64,000 nt of DNA from a virus. The translations under genes and the position numbers were made by a program. The notes beneath the pieces were generated by a model, which worked only from the letters and a program-made list of their open reading frames with translations, did not search any database and had not been told where the DNA came from. Positions 38,501-48,307 of this stretch are shown here, piece after piece. The stretch covers positions 32,001 to 96,000 of the IMG/VR virus record IMGVR_UViG_3300032308_002246. One strand, given 5' to 3'. Each line of letters starts with the position of its first letter. The stretch's first letter is position 1.

Positions 38501-39922
38501 CAAGCTTCGAGGATTTGTTTTGCTTAAAGAAACAGACCGAGCTCTTTGTCTAACACCAACTGGCTTATTTGCTTTTGGAGATTCATTTGGTAGCACTGAG
38601 TAGTCAGTTTTTGGCTTACTAAGTCTATTGGCGAGTCTGTCTAGTCGTTGAGCGGCTCTTGAGCGCATTGACTCTCCAGAACCATCAGGAGTCTTACCAA
38701 TTTTTTTACGCTTCTTACCTCTTCGTCTATTTGCCTCAAAATCGTCATCTGGAGTTAGTGAACGACTTCTAATCTTCTTGTCAATTGGGGAAATCTTTGG
38801 AGTCTTGCCTTTTTTTACCCTTCTATTTGAGCTTGGCAAAATATTTTGGCTGTCTTCGCTTGTAGCTGCATCTTCTGGTGCTGGAGGTAGCGCAAATTGG
38901 TCACCGGCATTGGAGCGCTCTTCTGCGCGTCTTGCTGTTCTTGAAGTAACAACATCTGCATCAACAAAATCTGGTTCATTTAACTTTGGTGTTACTCTTT
39001 GCCCACTAACGCGGTCAGCAAACTGGGCAAGTCTTTCTGCTCGAGAATTTCTTCTCTTTGAACGTGCTTGGGGCTTTGGCATGTATGTGTCAATGACATC
39101 AGTATCTATTGGCTCTTCTAGTTTTGCAATTCTTCGTTCTATTCTTCTCTGTTCTGAACGAATTTTGTTAGCTTGTCTTCTTGAGGCTCTTGCCAACGAC
39201 TGAGCAGAACGAAGGTCGCCCGTTGCTTCTAGGAGCGCCCCACGTTCTCCAAGAGGCGTGTTTAAATCGCCTCCAGCAAGGTCTATAAGCCTTGAGCCAA
39301 GCCGTCTAGCCATTCCTGGCAGGCATCCACGGCCGAATCTGTTTGTGAACTGTCCTGCGGTATCTCCGCTCGTTGGAGGGCATCTCCAAGCTCCGCCGCC
39401 TGGACTGTCTGGGTCCCAAACTGCTCTTACACCCTTTGCTCCAAGCAATAGTGAAGATGAAGCTTTATCGGATATGAATGCTTTTGCTTTGAAGTTTACG
39501 GCGCTGCGCTTGAATTGAACCTCAATAAGACTCAATGCCACATCTGTTATAGGCCATTCAGATACAAGCTCAAACTCATCTTCTGAATAAAAATCGTCCA
39601 TTTCCTCAGGAAGAGATTTCTTCTCAATCTTTAAAACAGGTGCTTCAATTAAGTCCTTAAGCTTGTTTAGAGTTTTCGGAGAGAGGATGTCTGATACTGC
39701 AGAAATAGAATCGTCATCAAGTATTTTTTCTTTGTCAAAATCTAGTCCAAAATCAAGAGAATCTAGAATTTCCTGAGGAGTAACGCTTGTTCCGTTAGCC
39801 CACGAAGCCCAGTCGTTTGCTTGACTTGTGTTGCCTACGCATGTTTTCCCGTTTTTTGAGATGACAATTGCACCGTATGGCACTTTTGTGTCTGAGTCTC
39901 TAATTAAGATAAATTTACTCAT
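35588..39922 (-). CDS. Large (~1444 aa) head-module protein with RC..FTN..C module and possible ART-like C-terminal domain
   Basis: Likely start MSKFILIRD at 39922 (8-nt overlap with the upstream gene); WRCPPTSGDTAGQFTNRFGRGC; C-terminal GYNEP..V, IVRG, GG..GEGDNFS, GVD, VTNRTGLIL. Confidence 0.75.
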   Translation of the reverse strand: MSKFILIRDSDTKVPYGAIVISKNGKTCVGNTSQANDWASWANGTSVTPQEILDSLDFGLDFDKEKILDDDSISAVSDILSPKTLNKLKDLIEAPVLKIEKKSLPEEMDDFYSEDEFELVSEWPITDVALSLIEVQFKRSAVNFKAKAFISDKASSSLLLGAKGVRAVWDPDSPGGGAWRCPPTSGDTAGQFTNRFGRGCLPGMARRLGSRLIDLAGGDLNTPLGERGALLEATGDLRSAQSLARASRRQANKIRSEQRRIERRIAKLEEPIDTDVIDTYMPKPQARSKRRNSRAERLAQFADRVSGQRVTPKLNEPDFVDADVVTSRTARRAEERSNAGDQFALPPAPEDAATSEDSQNILPSSNRRVKKGKTPKISPIDKKIRSRSLTPDDDFEANRRRGKKRKKIGKTPDGSGESMRSRAAQRLDRLANRLSKPKTDYSVLPNESPKANKPVGVRQRARSVSLSKTNPRSLMYGNIVPSQRVAKTIKDWDAYTPTEQASIEDSMKKARTRLENGWRKRIGLNPSDDLTEESIEQWMSNLAKTQPRKAAIIKNQAHNIVVIDDFLDSTEPLYPKNKKSDWASLKPGLREWILEDAGLLSKNTAKTPRQKPAAPVAPKRPRKTNQPSLPVDTSQPATQDVSPQATIPADIDPVSTEIDTPESLNVDSVVEPTNDEATNVVIPAVEHGTQEASENAKYVIEEYTGLLRDPISGQYREDYSDFPISIDTEFTPMQPYPPMQRSGKTGAEIVSYPKIKSNVGGPGGQDRFVSLAPGTHENSVASYKQARDAIWESLPDRVKKEYPGLVIVDIPANDDGTPGTPDTVRNADGDQYFNPRRSYYRSGSLVSGMEGDKAPSQPLFIAKDKDVGWSYAVTDAAKVMEAVNQALESNDGNAWYKAWQELKRAHSDAVSSRDSALSDWRRTPKNNQRQRREFVLNAQLAESLEEIADRVFPSIFPRITESIKETMQNSAKIRNRLAAARVKAQEDGTRVIGGVDPTLLAPLKDEDGNLILRTPDEIIGLLEKNRTLGIFEQQPLVLQPGEEYQSSILSDGKIDYFNTVQMSREQSINYATLENIGDEKKAMHTAAHGLNGYNEPTVVVSPEEAESLLKMLDDDDQPMFIPIVRGISRAKTGKSQKEMVLDYIFRERYIPSGEGGSAGGEGDNFSAAKTPITGYYGNSEEKSAILALVPRTGRIIGRAEMSILASQIRQLTTFFNKKITRGDGQSAFTADRYSDRDIDNTWREIALNALPMPQDANWSDQGSVESLYASILAGLTSNRPSGNDFGYEVPDYMIRNLSGTGYLDGEIGGPDWFAATRNEIFGWYVQLEIAKNALYAMGLTDEDEQVKRLYRGQQYLRHLDDEVLFAPILGVDVYLSSNSAVYNLDPVKQYLRIPPGKYNDENHIMVTNRTGLILLNEATSLDDAREWLNTIEVTKKDGTTDKPY

Positions 39923-41978
39923 TTGATTGTCCAACGTATTTTTTAAGTAGAGATACCGAAGTTGAAAGTTTTCTAATTCTGTTGTCATATAGAGACTTCA
40001 TAATCTCTATATGCTTTCTTTCAGATTCGCTTATCTGTCCATCAATTGATGCCCTATTAGCAAAATCGTCAAAATTAAAAGACCTTGCTCTTTCCAGCAA
40101 TTCTTTTAACATTGATAAAACTTTGGCTTTTTGATTTTTTCTTAGTTTTTCAAAATAATCCTTATAAGTCAATTTATCACTTTCCTGAAGTATTTCAGCA
40201 ATTGACATGTTTATCCTGTCGGATTGATTTCTTTTACTTAAACCAGAAAGTCCGGAGTATATTGATGGGCTTGCAAATGTTCTTTTTTTGTTGCCTGTTG
40301 AGATTGTGTAGATTGAAGAGGGATTTCTCATCTTGGAGTCGGTTAGCAAATCGGATATAAACAGTCTTGCCATATCAGAAGCGTTTGCCATATCCATTGA
40401 CGCTGTTCTCGTCGAGCGAGATGTTGCTACAGAGTCGTTCGGATATGAGACTAGGTATCTTCTTCTTGAGCCTTCTCCAGAAAACCAAATGTCTGGGGAC
40501 ATCATCCCAAGGTGCGATTGAATTTCCGATGAAAGCATTGCACCTAGATGCTCGTACTCACGGCTTGGAGATACTTCATATATCTTCTGCCTGCCGATTT
40601 CGTGTTCAATCAATCTGTCGTTGATTTTTTTGGTATCTACAGATTTGCTTTTCCCAAGAGCCGTTCCACGTAAACGTGGTTCTATGTTCCCAATTTGTCC
40701 ACCTGAATCAATCAGCTTTATGGCATCTGCAAGTGATTCAACAAAACCCGCTTCATCTTCTATTTGTGTTTTTCTTTCGCTTATAACAGGTTTTGGTGTC
40801 TTTATGAATGCTTCGTAATGCCATCTTCGCATTTGTTTCTTTGTCTTATTGTTTGGTAAAAGAACCTCTATGACATCATTAGGGTTTTTGATGTTTTCAA
40901 ATTTTTGCTCGTAAGCGATTGCACCATTCATTTCGGCTGCTATCATTTCAAGTCTTGAAGCTGGGTTTTGTCCAACTTTCATTTTTTCCGCTTCGGCTAC
41001 TGTTCGACCAAGTTTTCTTCTTTCTCCTGCTGAAAGATTTCTTTTTTTACGAAGCGATATTGTTGAGCCATCCGGCAGTACATAAATAACACTATTTATA
41101 CCAGTATTTGAAAGCATTCCAAGCTCTGTTTTGCCTAGTTCGCTTGCAGAAACTATTTTCTGAATATACGCAGCGCCTTCCATGTCTCTGTTATCTGGAA
41201 CTGTTCTTAGAACACGTGAAGAGACTACTGGCGTTAGTACAACTCCGTCTCTTCTAACAAGCCTTGCTATACCGCCTGAAACCGGCCTCATTTCTTCAAC
41301 AACATTTTCTATTGCTTTTTTGTAAGCAGCAAAGTTCATTCGTGAAACTTTTGGAATTATTATATTTGGCTGTCTCATCAAACTAACTTGGTTGTTTCCA
41401 ATTAGTGGCTTTATAACTCGTCCGGAGGTGCCAATTTGCCGAGGTGTATTTCTTGAGGCAAGCTCTGACACATTTTGCAAACCTGCGGCTATTGACATTG
41501 CAAGTTCAAAAAGTCTTTTCCCGCATGTTGTGTAATACTTGTTTGTAAATCTTCCACCAAACTGAAATCCCTCTGGGCATCTGTATCCACGTTCAGGTTT
41601 TGGAAACCCGCCAGCACTTGCTCTAGCTAGTGGGTTTGGTATTCCACTACCCCCAGGCATCAACATTGACCAAGCAGCTGAACGAAGTGGATTCTTGAGG
41701 TCACCAGGCAAAACAGAGCTAATCAACGATTGAACGCCTTGCCCTATCGGGTTGTCACTGCTTGCTATCCCTGCTTTTACTGAAATCAAACTGTCTTTTG
41801 ATGAGGATATTTGAGCTCTGCATTTAAACTCAATTGCGCTCTGCTTGTCTGTTACAACAATCAATGGTGATTTAACAACATTGGGGCGTGTAACGGCAAT
41901 TGCAGGCATGAGAGTTCTATTTCTAGTCACACCTGTTTTATCGCATGCAGCGCATTCGGCATTTTTTTTACGCATCAA
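39915..41978 (-). CDS. 687-aa protein with RC..FTN..C module and a degenerate HipA/PI3K-like kinase domain
   Basis: YRCPEGFQFGGRFTNKYYTTC; HLGAMLSSEIQSHLGM.SP; DLLTDSKMRNPSSI in place of D.L..N.DRH..N. Confidence 0.65.
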   Translation of the reverse strand: MMRKKNAECAACDKTGVTRNRTLMPAIAVTRPNVVKSPLIVVTDKQSAIEFKCRAQISSSKDSLISVKAGIASSDNPIGQGVQSLISSVLPGDLKNPLRSAAWSMLMPGGSGIPNPLARASAGGFPKPERGYRCPEGFQFGGRFTNKYYTTCGKRLFELAMSIAAGLQNVSELASRNTPRQIGTSGRVIKPLIGNNQVSLMRQPNIIIPKVSRMNFAAYKKAIENVVEEMRPVSGGIARLVRRDGVVLTPVVSSRVLRTVPDNRDMEGAAYIQKIVSASELGKTELGMLSNTGINSVIYVLPDGSTISLRKKRNLSAGERRKLGRTVAEAEKMKVGQNPASRLEMIAAEMNGAIAYEQKFENIKNPNDVIEVLLPNNKTKKQMRRWHYEAFIKTPKPVISERKTQIEDEAGFVESLADAIKLIDSGGQIGNIEPRLRGTALGKSKSVDTKKINDRLIEHEIGRQKIYEVSPSREYEHLGAMLSSEIQSHLGMMSPDIWFSGEGSRRRYLVSYPNDSVATSRSTRTASMDMANASDMARLFISDLLTDSKMRNPSSIYTISTGNKKRTFASPSIYSGLSGLSKRNQSDRINMSIAEILQESDKLTYKDYFEKLRKNQKAKVLSMLKELLERARSFNFDDFANRASIDGQISESERKHIEIMKSLYDNRIRKLSTSVSLLKKYVGQSNE

Positions 41979-42573
41979 ATTCTTCTAATTCCCAGTTCTC
42001 GTCGTTTGCTACCCAGCTTGAAAAATCTTGCTCCATGGAGATGAACTGCTCAAGCACCTTGAATGCGTGGTCCCAGTCTTCGTTTGTTACAACAGGGGTG
42101 AATGGTTCGTCGTAAACCGTGCTGCTTCCTGAAGCAATTGCGGTTTTGCGACCAGCGCGAGATGTGATTTTTTTGATTCTGTCATCAAATTCTTGGTCGT
42201 TCCATATTGAGCCCTGAACAACGCCACGAATTTTTTTTCTGCAATTTTTCATTCCTGGATGGTGACATCCTTCATTTGGCCATAGGCCGGTAGTTTCGTG
42301 GTGGAGCCATGCACAAATATTATTCAGCGGATAAAGCTCTGGATGGTCAGCAAGAATTACACGGCATCTTCTAAAACCGCCTGGCTTCCTCATGATTGGG
42401 CGCCAATATCTTAAAAGTCTTTCAAGGTTGCCACGTCTAGGACCACGACCTTTTAACAGGTCGCCAGTGATTCTCTCTTGTGGTATTGCATCTGGTGGGA
42501 CAGCAAGCTTTTCAGATGTGTTACCAAGATTTTTTATGATAAGCCTGTCCGGTATGTAGTTGTTATCACTCAT
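41968..42573 (-). CDS. Head-associated hypothetical protein
   Basis: L.RYW...PGGFRRC..L...CA.LH...TG.WP pattern recalled from actinophage head-region proteins. Confidence 0.6.
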   Translation of the reverse strand: MSDNNYIPDRLIIKNLGNTSEKLAVPPDAIPQERITGDLLKGRGPRRGNLERLLRYWRPIMRKPGGFRRCRVILADHPELYPLNNICAWLHHETTGLWPNEGCHHPGMKNCRKKIRGVVQGSIWNDQEFDDRIKKITSRAGRKTAIASGSSTVYDEPFTPVVTNEDWDHAFKVLEQFISMEQDFSSWVANDENWELEEFDA

Positions 42574-42991
42574 TGTCTTGACTCTCCAAATTCTTGATTT
42601 CTTCTAAAGCTTTATTTATTTTTTCAAGTGCAGAATCACCAAGCAAAAGCGATTCACCAACATTTATTTTTTTATCTTTAGCCTCAAAGTAGTCGTTCTT
42701 TTCTTTCATTAATCTGTTTGCTTCAATTGAGTTGATTATCTTTTTTGCTGTATCAGATGAATTTTTGTAAACCTCGCTACTTAAGAGATTTTTTATTCTC
42801 TCCCTTGTCGAGTCTGCCGGCTGCCAGTTGTTTGAAAATCTGTCAACAATTCCTATTTTTTCATCAAACTGCCCATGCTGGACCGAACCATCAAATCCAC
42901 TTTGCTCAATCAACTCCTTAATTGGAGTCTTTTTAATTCTGTCAAGCAATTCGACGAAGTCTTTGTCTGCATTTTTACCAGTGTCTTCCAT
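42566..42991 (-). CDS. Hypothetical protein
   Basis: Likely start MEDTGK at 42991, immediately after the stop of the 1748-aa gene. Confidence 0.6.
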   Translation of the reverse strand: MEDTGKNADKDFVELLDRIKKTPIKELIEQSGFDGSVQHGQFDEKIGIVDRFSNNWQPADSTRERIKNLLSSEVYKNSSDTAKKIINSIEANRLMKEKNDYFEAKDKKINVGESLLLGDSALEKINKALEEIKNLESQDNE

Positions 42992-42992
42992 G

Positions 42993-45900
42993 TTACATCC
43001 CTTCGCCGTTTCCGGTAGCCCATTCAATCATTCTTGAGTGAAGTCTATCAAGAAGGTCTTTCTCCTGTTCTGAGAACTGCGAAAGACCACCAGCATCCTC
43101 GAGCGTCTTTGCAACATGCAACTCTGCGTACCCTTCTGCGTTTGATGCAACATAGTTTTTTGCTGGCTTTGTGCCTGGATAGTATGCCGGCCCTGCATAA
43201 ATGGATATGTAAGGCAAAAGTGCAGAGATTGCACTAATTTCATCATCTGAAAAGTTTTTCCATCCATTGTTGTTTTGTTTATTCATCAGCTCGTTCACAT
43301 ACATCAACAATCTCTGATAAAGAGCATCATCATTTACTTTTTCAATTACGGACGCAACATATTTGGCTTTGTCAAACTTTCCATTTTGGTCAAACCAGCT
43401 GTTTTTTCCGTATACATTTCCTGCAAAATTCTGCATAAACTCGTCAACTGCATTTTTATTCCCGTTTAGGATATCAGTCAAGAGATAATGCATTCTGTCA
43501 AAAGCAAATGTTTGGTTGTTTAGCCACTTTAAAATTGGAACTAGGTTCTGCAGTTTGTTTTGGAATGCTTCCATCATCAGTTGTGCTTGGACAAGCTGAT
43601 TATCCATTATTTCTAAAGTTTCTTTCATTGACTGAAGCTTTTCAAGTGCATCGTCTTGACTTGGTGCCATTATCGAATTCAAAATTGAATTTATTACAGA
43701 TTCAAGACCTGCTCCAGAGTTCAGAGCCTCGTCAATGCCGCTTCTTATATCCAGCTCGCCAACACCAGACATTGATGAAGAAACGGTTTCCTCAAAGGCT
43801 TTTATACTTGCCGCAAGCTCGTTTCTTTGTTCAATCATTTGCGGGATGTCTTGCAACATTCTCTCGTGGGATATCTTTGACTGAATGGCGTCCATAACTT
43901 GTTCAACAACAAATTTTGTAGCGTACATATCTGCAATATCATTCACGAATGGTGAGCTCATCCCAGATTCAATCGCCGAAAGTTCAGCTACTGCAAGCCT
44001 AAATTCTCTTGCTGAATTGAGTCCATTTCCAGAGTTTTTGTTTGCCGCATTTGGAGAATTGCGCCAATCTCCAACACCATCAAGCAAATGTCCAAATTCA
44101 TGAACTCCAACCAAGAATGTAGAAACTTTCAACATTTCGTCAAAACCCTCAATTGCTTTGTTCGTTGCATTTGAGACTATTTGGTTTCTTAGTGCTGGTT
44201 TTTGTTTTGCAAGATTCATTGCTTCTTCGTAGTTATTTGCTATTTCTTGCGAAAGCTGAGATACGGCAGTTGTAATTGTCGTATCCATAATCCCACCGGA
44301 CGAAGCTCTCTTGTTGGTCGCCATTTCAAGCATTTCGTTTATTACGGCATCAACAACTCCGTTTGGAATTTCTTCAAGCTGTAATGAAATAGGTCCAATT
44401 CCAGGAACGAAGAATTCTGGATTCTTCCCCTGATTGTAAGGTATTGATGGGAGCGAAAGCTGTATTGACTTACTGGCTCGACGAAGCTTTGGGTTTATTG
44501 ATACGCCGACTTGGGTCATGTCGTCTAACCCAACTTGAGATACAAGAACACGACCCTCTAGGCCGGGCAGTGATGGATTCTGTCTAATACCCTGAGCCCC
44601 AAGGCCAGCCCTGTTTAGTGTGAACTCCATGAATGTTGGGAGTATTCCAGTTGTCCCTCCTGGAGCGTTTGCAGCTGGTTGGTCGGGCATGTTCAGTGAG
44701 TTAAAGTCCAAAAATACGTCTTTAAATGCTGCCGGATATTCAATTAGGTGATGCATCAATGCGTAGTATGCGCCAAGTTCAGCTGGAGATATAGGAGTGT
44801 CTGGTCCGGAGTATCTTCCGCCAAGAACCTCTTGCAGGGCACCCATTGACGAAAGCACAAAATAGGACGGGGAAACCTCAGTGTTTATCCCAGCATTATT
44901 CATCGTCTCAACAATTGTTTCAATATTTTGAATTGCGTGCCTAATTTTTTTAGGTTTTCCTGGGAAAAATGAATCGACTTTTGCTTCTATCTCATTAATT
45001 TTTTGCCTTAGACCGTTAATATCGTAGAGCCAATCGTTTTCGGTTGGTCTTGGAAGTGGATAGTTCTCAATTTTCCCAAGTGGCCCAGCTGCGTTTTCTC
45101 TCTCAGATGCAATTGTGGATATTGATTGAACAGCCGAGATTCTTTTTTCTGGTTTTTGTTTTTTTAACTTATTTCTTCTTGTGCGTCTATTTTCTATGTT
45201 TGGAGAAAATGAATCCCGCGCTGCTGTATTGGTAGCTGCACGTATTGCCCCAACTGGCGAGCTAGGTCGTTCGTGTATTGTTGCATCCTGAACGCTTCCG
45301 TCGTTATCGCCATCATATGCATTTGCTCTAAATGGCTCAATTCTTCTGCCACGTGATGAACCGATTGGACTTCCAAGTGCTTTTATAGATGACTTGCCTA
45401 CAAAACTTGATATTGATTTTGCTTTAACATTGTTATAGTTATGGAACTTGCTAGGTGCAAGAATCAGGGCCGTATTTCTGACATTTACATTAAGGTGCTT
45501 GAAGTCGTAGGCGTTACTATTCCCTGGGTTCATAAAAGCTTGCTGCACGCGTTCTTCTCCAAGAAAAAGACCCAGTATGTCAATTATTTCACTTTCTGTG
45601 TAATTGGAAAAGTTTGTATTTTCTGATGAATTTAGCCATCTCTTTATTTGTTGAACTCCGTCTCCAGAGAAAACAAAAGCTCCTAATTCGGCCATCGCTT
45701 CATTTGTGCTGCTCTGTCCATATGAGGTTCCAAGTATGTTGTTTATAAGCGCCCATAGTTCTGGTGATGCAACAGCATCTCTAGGTATGGCTCTAAAAGA
45801 CGGGTCTTGTTGTCCAAATGCATTAATAAAAGCTTCGTACCACCAATCAAAATCACCATTTATTCCACGAGCACCCAATGCATCTTTTACGCTATCAAGA

Positions 45901-48239
45901 ACATCCTGTATTGCTCTTTTTGTAAAGCCTTTATTTTTGGCCCATCTCTCGTAAGCTTCTCTTAGTTGCTCTGAATTTGTGTAGTTTTCCATGTACCACT
46001 GCATGATTGTCGAAGCTTTTTCTATATCGTCCCTAGCCGCTCCAACCCTTAGGTCAAGATTTCTTAATTGTGCAGCAAGAATGCTGTCTGGATTGTACGA
46101 TGCAAGTGTGCGGAAATTTAGTGGCTGTCCACTTGAGAGTATTTCCTGCCATTGTTCCTTATCTATCCCAGCTATTGTTCTTATTCTGTTGTAGTAATCA
46201 TTTATATGGTTGAGCTCATGGTCCATCAAGTCCTGTATGAACTGTGATGTTGTTTTTGGTTTGCCATTTACAAAAAAATGGTCTCCTACCGAATTCATAA
46301 AATCCCATAAATTCTCTTCTTTAAAGAGGTCTGGATTTAAAACAAAAACACCATAAGCAGGTGGGTTTAGTTCAGACATTATTGCGCGCAGTGCTTTTGG
46401 ACTTTTTGTTTTCAATCTTTCTAGCTCAGTGTCAATATCGGAGGCAGAAATACCTGGATTCATACGTGAAATATAGTTAATCAATTGAGCATCAAGTATT
46501 TCTGATTCTGCAGATGTCAGAGTTCTGTTCCCAACAATTGATGCTCCTCCGGATGATATTCCAAAAGAATCTGCAAAGTTGTCTGGGTCAATAGCATCTG
46601 GATTTCTAAAAGGGTTTTTTGTCCCAGGTATCATTGCGTACATTAGGGTATTTGGCTTGTACTGGTCATCAGGGTCCAAAATTCCCTCTTGGTTTTTAAA
46701 TTCTTCACTTGAGCCCCAGTACATCCTTAGAGGTATTACTGAAACATCCTCCATTTCTGCAGATGTATCTTGGATATGTATTGAATACGCATCAAGAATA
46801 TCCATTATTGATTCTTCTAGAAGTTTTAGCCTTCTGTCGCTTATTGGGGTTTCTAGTTGTCTTTCAAGTGCTCTTCTTCTTGCTTCTCTTACTGCAGATT
46901 CAGAAACTCCACGGTTCATTAATTGCGAAACTTCTTGGTCGTATCCAAGTAATGTAACTTCAATATTTGTTAAAGGCCTAAAGCCACCAGCTCCATCCGG
47001 AACCACCAGCTGTTGCAGTGTTCCACCAATCATCACCGGAGATGCTTGTTCAAAAAATGTAGTGTCCAGCCTTATGTCGGGTAGGCCTTTTGCCCGACGT
47101 CTTGAATTTATTCTTTCTTCAAGGTCGGAAAGAGCTCGACGCGCAGTTTCAAGAGACTTGTCAAGTCCGCTTCCAGGCATACTTTTTTGAGCAATTTTTA
47201 AATTAGATTTTGCTTTTTCGTATCTAGCTCTTTTGCGGGCTTGTCTTTCTTTTATGTTTGTGCGAGGTATCAACCTTGTAAGACTGCTTACAATTGGTGG
47301 AAACATCCTTCCAATTGCAGAAGACTCAGGCGCATCGGCTCCAGATGCGATAACCGAGCCGTCATCTGTAAATAGGCTTAATGTGTTCTTATCGTATCTA
47401 AGAGGCCTAATACTGCTTGGCATTGAATCAAAAACTGCTGACAATTTTCTAAACTTTGGAACTTCCGGAATTTTATCGTTGTTTAGTTTTGCAACAGCAG
47501 AGCCAACCGAGCCATCTGGTCCATCTGGTGAACCAGGTATATCGCAACCAATTCCAAAAATATTCGTAAATCTATTTGCCCCTGGATTTCCGGGGCCGCA
47601 TCTAAGTTTGTTCTTGCCGTCAAGATAAAGGCCTCTTGCGTTAGCCGCAAGGCCCAAAAGCGACTCGCTGAATTCTCTCAAGGAACGTCCGAGCAGTCCT
47701 TTTTCGGATTCGTTTTTTACCTTGCGCGGGTATTGCATTTTAAACTTGTCTGTTGGCAGTGGGAGATATTTGATTATGTCGTCTAGCTCTTCAAACCTCA
47801 TGTCGTCAATCGGAGTTCCACCTCCATAGTTGTGACACATTCTCATGGATAGACCAGGAGGCATGGCTGGAAGGTCGTCGCCAGGTTTCCATTGTTTGGC
47901 CCACTTAAAGAACTCTGACTCAGGATATGCAGGAACTTCTTTTTTGGGCTTTGATGCCTTAAAATTTATTTGCTTATCAGGTTGTCTCCACCAACTGTCA
48001 AGACTCTTGCCTCTGTATGCAATGATTGCATTTGTTGCCCACTCGGAGTTGTGCCCACCAAATTCTGTAATTGAAACAGATTTCAGTTGAATTTCGTCAG
48101 ATGCTTCAGCTTTCCTTAAATTTCCAGTAGTCGAGTTATAGACAAAACGCCCGCCACTAGGTGTTTGATACATGAATGAGTTGCCATTTTTTGCAACAAT
48201 TCTTGCATTTAGTGGAATGTTTTGGCTTTTGTCGCCCAT
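42993..48239 (-). CDS. 1748-aa protein with two zincin metallopeptidase domains
   Basis: HELNH (46206-46220) with downstream YGQSSTNEAMAE, and HEFGH (44088-44102) with downstream YVASNAEGYAE; also an RC..FTN..C module, a DGDNDG module and 3 linker motifs. Confidence 0.8.
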   Translation of the reverse strand: MGDKSQNIPLNARIVAKNGNSFMYQTPSGGRFVYNSTTGNLRKAEASDEIQLKSVSITEFGGHNSEWATNAIIAYRGKSLDSWWRQPDKQINFKASKPKKEVPAYPESEFFKWAKQWKPGDDLPAMPPGLSMRMCHNYGGGTPIDDMRFEELDDIIKYLPLPTDKFKMQYPRKVKNESEKGLLGRSLREFSESLLGLAANARGLYLDGKNKLRCGPGNPGANRFTNIFGIGCDIPGSPDGPDGSVGSAVAKLNNDKIPEVPKFRKLSAVFDSMPSSIRPLRYDKNTLSLFTDDGSVIASGADAPESSAIGRMFPPIVSSLTRLIPRTNIKERQARKRARYEKAKSNLKIAQKSMPGSGLDKSLETARRALSDLEERINSRRRAKGLPDIRLDTTFFEQASPVMIGGTLQQLVVPDGAGGFRPLTNIEVTLLGYDQEVSQLMNRGVSESAVREARRRALERQLETPISDRRLKLLEESIMDILDAYSIHIQDTSAEMEDVSVIPLRMYWGSSEEFKNQEGILDPDDQYKPNTLMYAMIPGTKNPFRNPDAIDPDNFADSFGISSGGASIVGNRTLTSAESEILDAQLINYISRMNPGISASDIDTELERLKTKSPKALRAIMSELNPPAYGVFVLNPDLFKEENLWDFMNSVGDHFFVNGKPKTTSQFIQDLMDHELNHINDYYNRIRTIAGIDKEQWQEILSSGQPLNFRTLASYNPDSILAAQLRNLDLRVGAARDDIEKASTIMQWYMENYTNSEQLREAYERWAKNKGFTKRAIQDVLDSVKDALGARGINGDFDWWYEAFINAFGQQDPSFRAIPRDAVASPELWALINNILGTSYGQSSTNEAMAELGAFVFSGDGVQQIKRWLNSSENTNFSNYTESEIIDILGLFLGEERVQQAFMNPGNSNAYDFKHLNVNVRNTALILAPSKFHNYNNVKAKSISSFVGKSSIKALGSPIGSSRGRRIEPFRANAYDGDNDGSVQDATIHERPSSPVGAIRAATNTAARDSFSPNIENRRTRRNKLKKQKPEKRISAVQSISTIASERENAAGPLGKIENYPLPRPTENDWLYDINGLRQKINEIEAKVDSFFPGKPKKIRHAIQNIETIVETMNNAGINTEVSPSYFVLSSMGALQEVLGGRYSGPDTPISPAELGAYYALMHHLIEYPAAFKDVFLDFNSLNMPDQPAANAPGGTTGILPTFMEFTLNRAGLGAQGIRQNPSLPGLEGRVLVSQVGLDDMTQVGVSINPKLRRASKSIQLSLPSIPYNQGKNPEFFVPGIGPISLQLEEIPNGVVDAVINEMLEMATNKRASSGGIMDTTITTAVSQLSQEIANNYEEAMNLAKQKPALRNQIVSNATNKAIEGFDEMLKVSTFLVGVHEFGHLLDGVGDWRNSPNAANKNSGNGLNSAREFRLAVAELSAIESGMSSPFVNDIADMYATKFVVEQVMDAIQSKISHERMLQDIPQMIEQRNELAASIKAFEETVSSSMSGVGELDIRSGIDEALNSGAGLESVINSILNSIMAPSQDDALEKLQSMKETLEIMDNQLVQAQLMMEAFQNKLQNLVPILKWLNNQTFAFDRMHYLLTDILNGNKNAVDEFMQNFAGNVYGKNSWFDQNGKFDKAKYVASVIEKVNDDALYQRLLMYVNELMNKQNNNGWKNFSDDEISAISALLPYISIYAGPAYYPGTKPAKNYVASNAEGYAELHVAKTLEDAGGLSQFSEQEKDLLDRLHSRMIEWATGNGEGM

Positions 48240-48307
48240 GGTGGGTCTTTCTTTAATCTTTGTGATTGCGAGTTATTTGTATGTAAATTATAGACTTATT
48301 ATGATAA

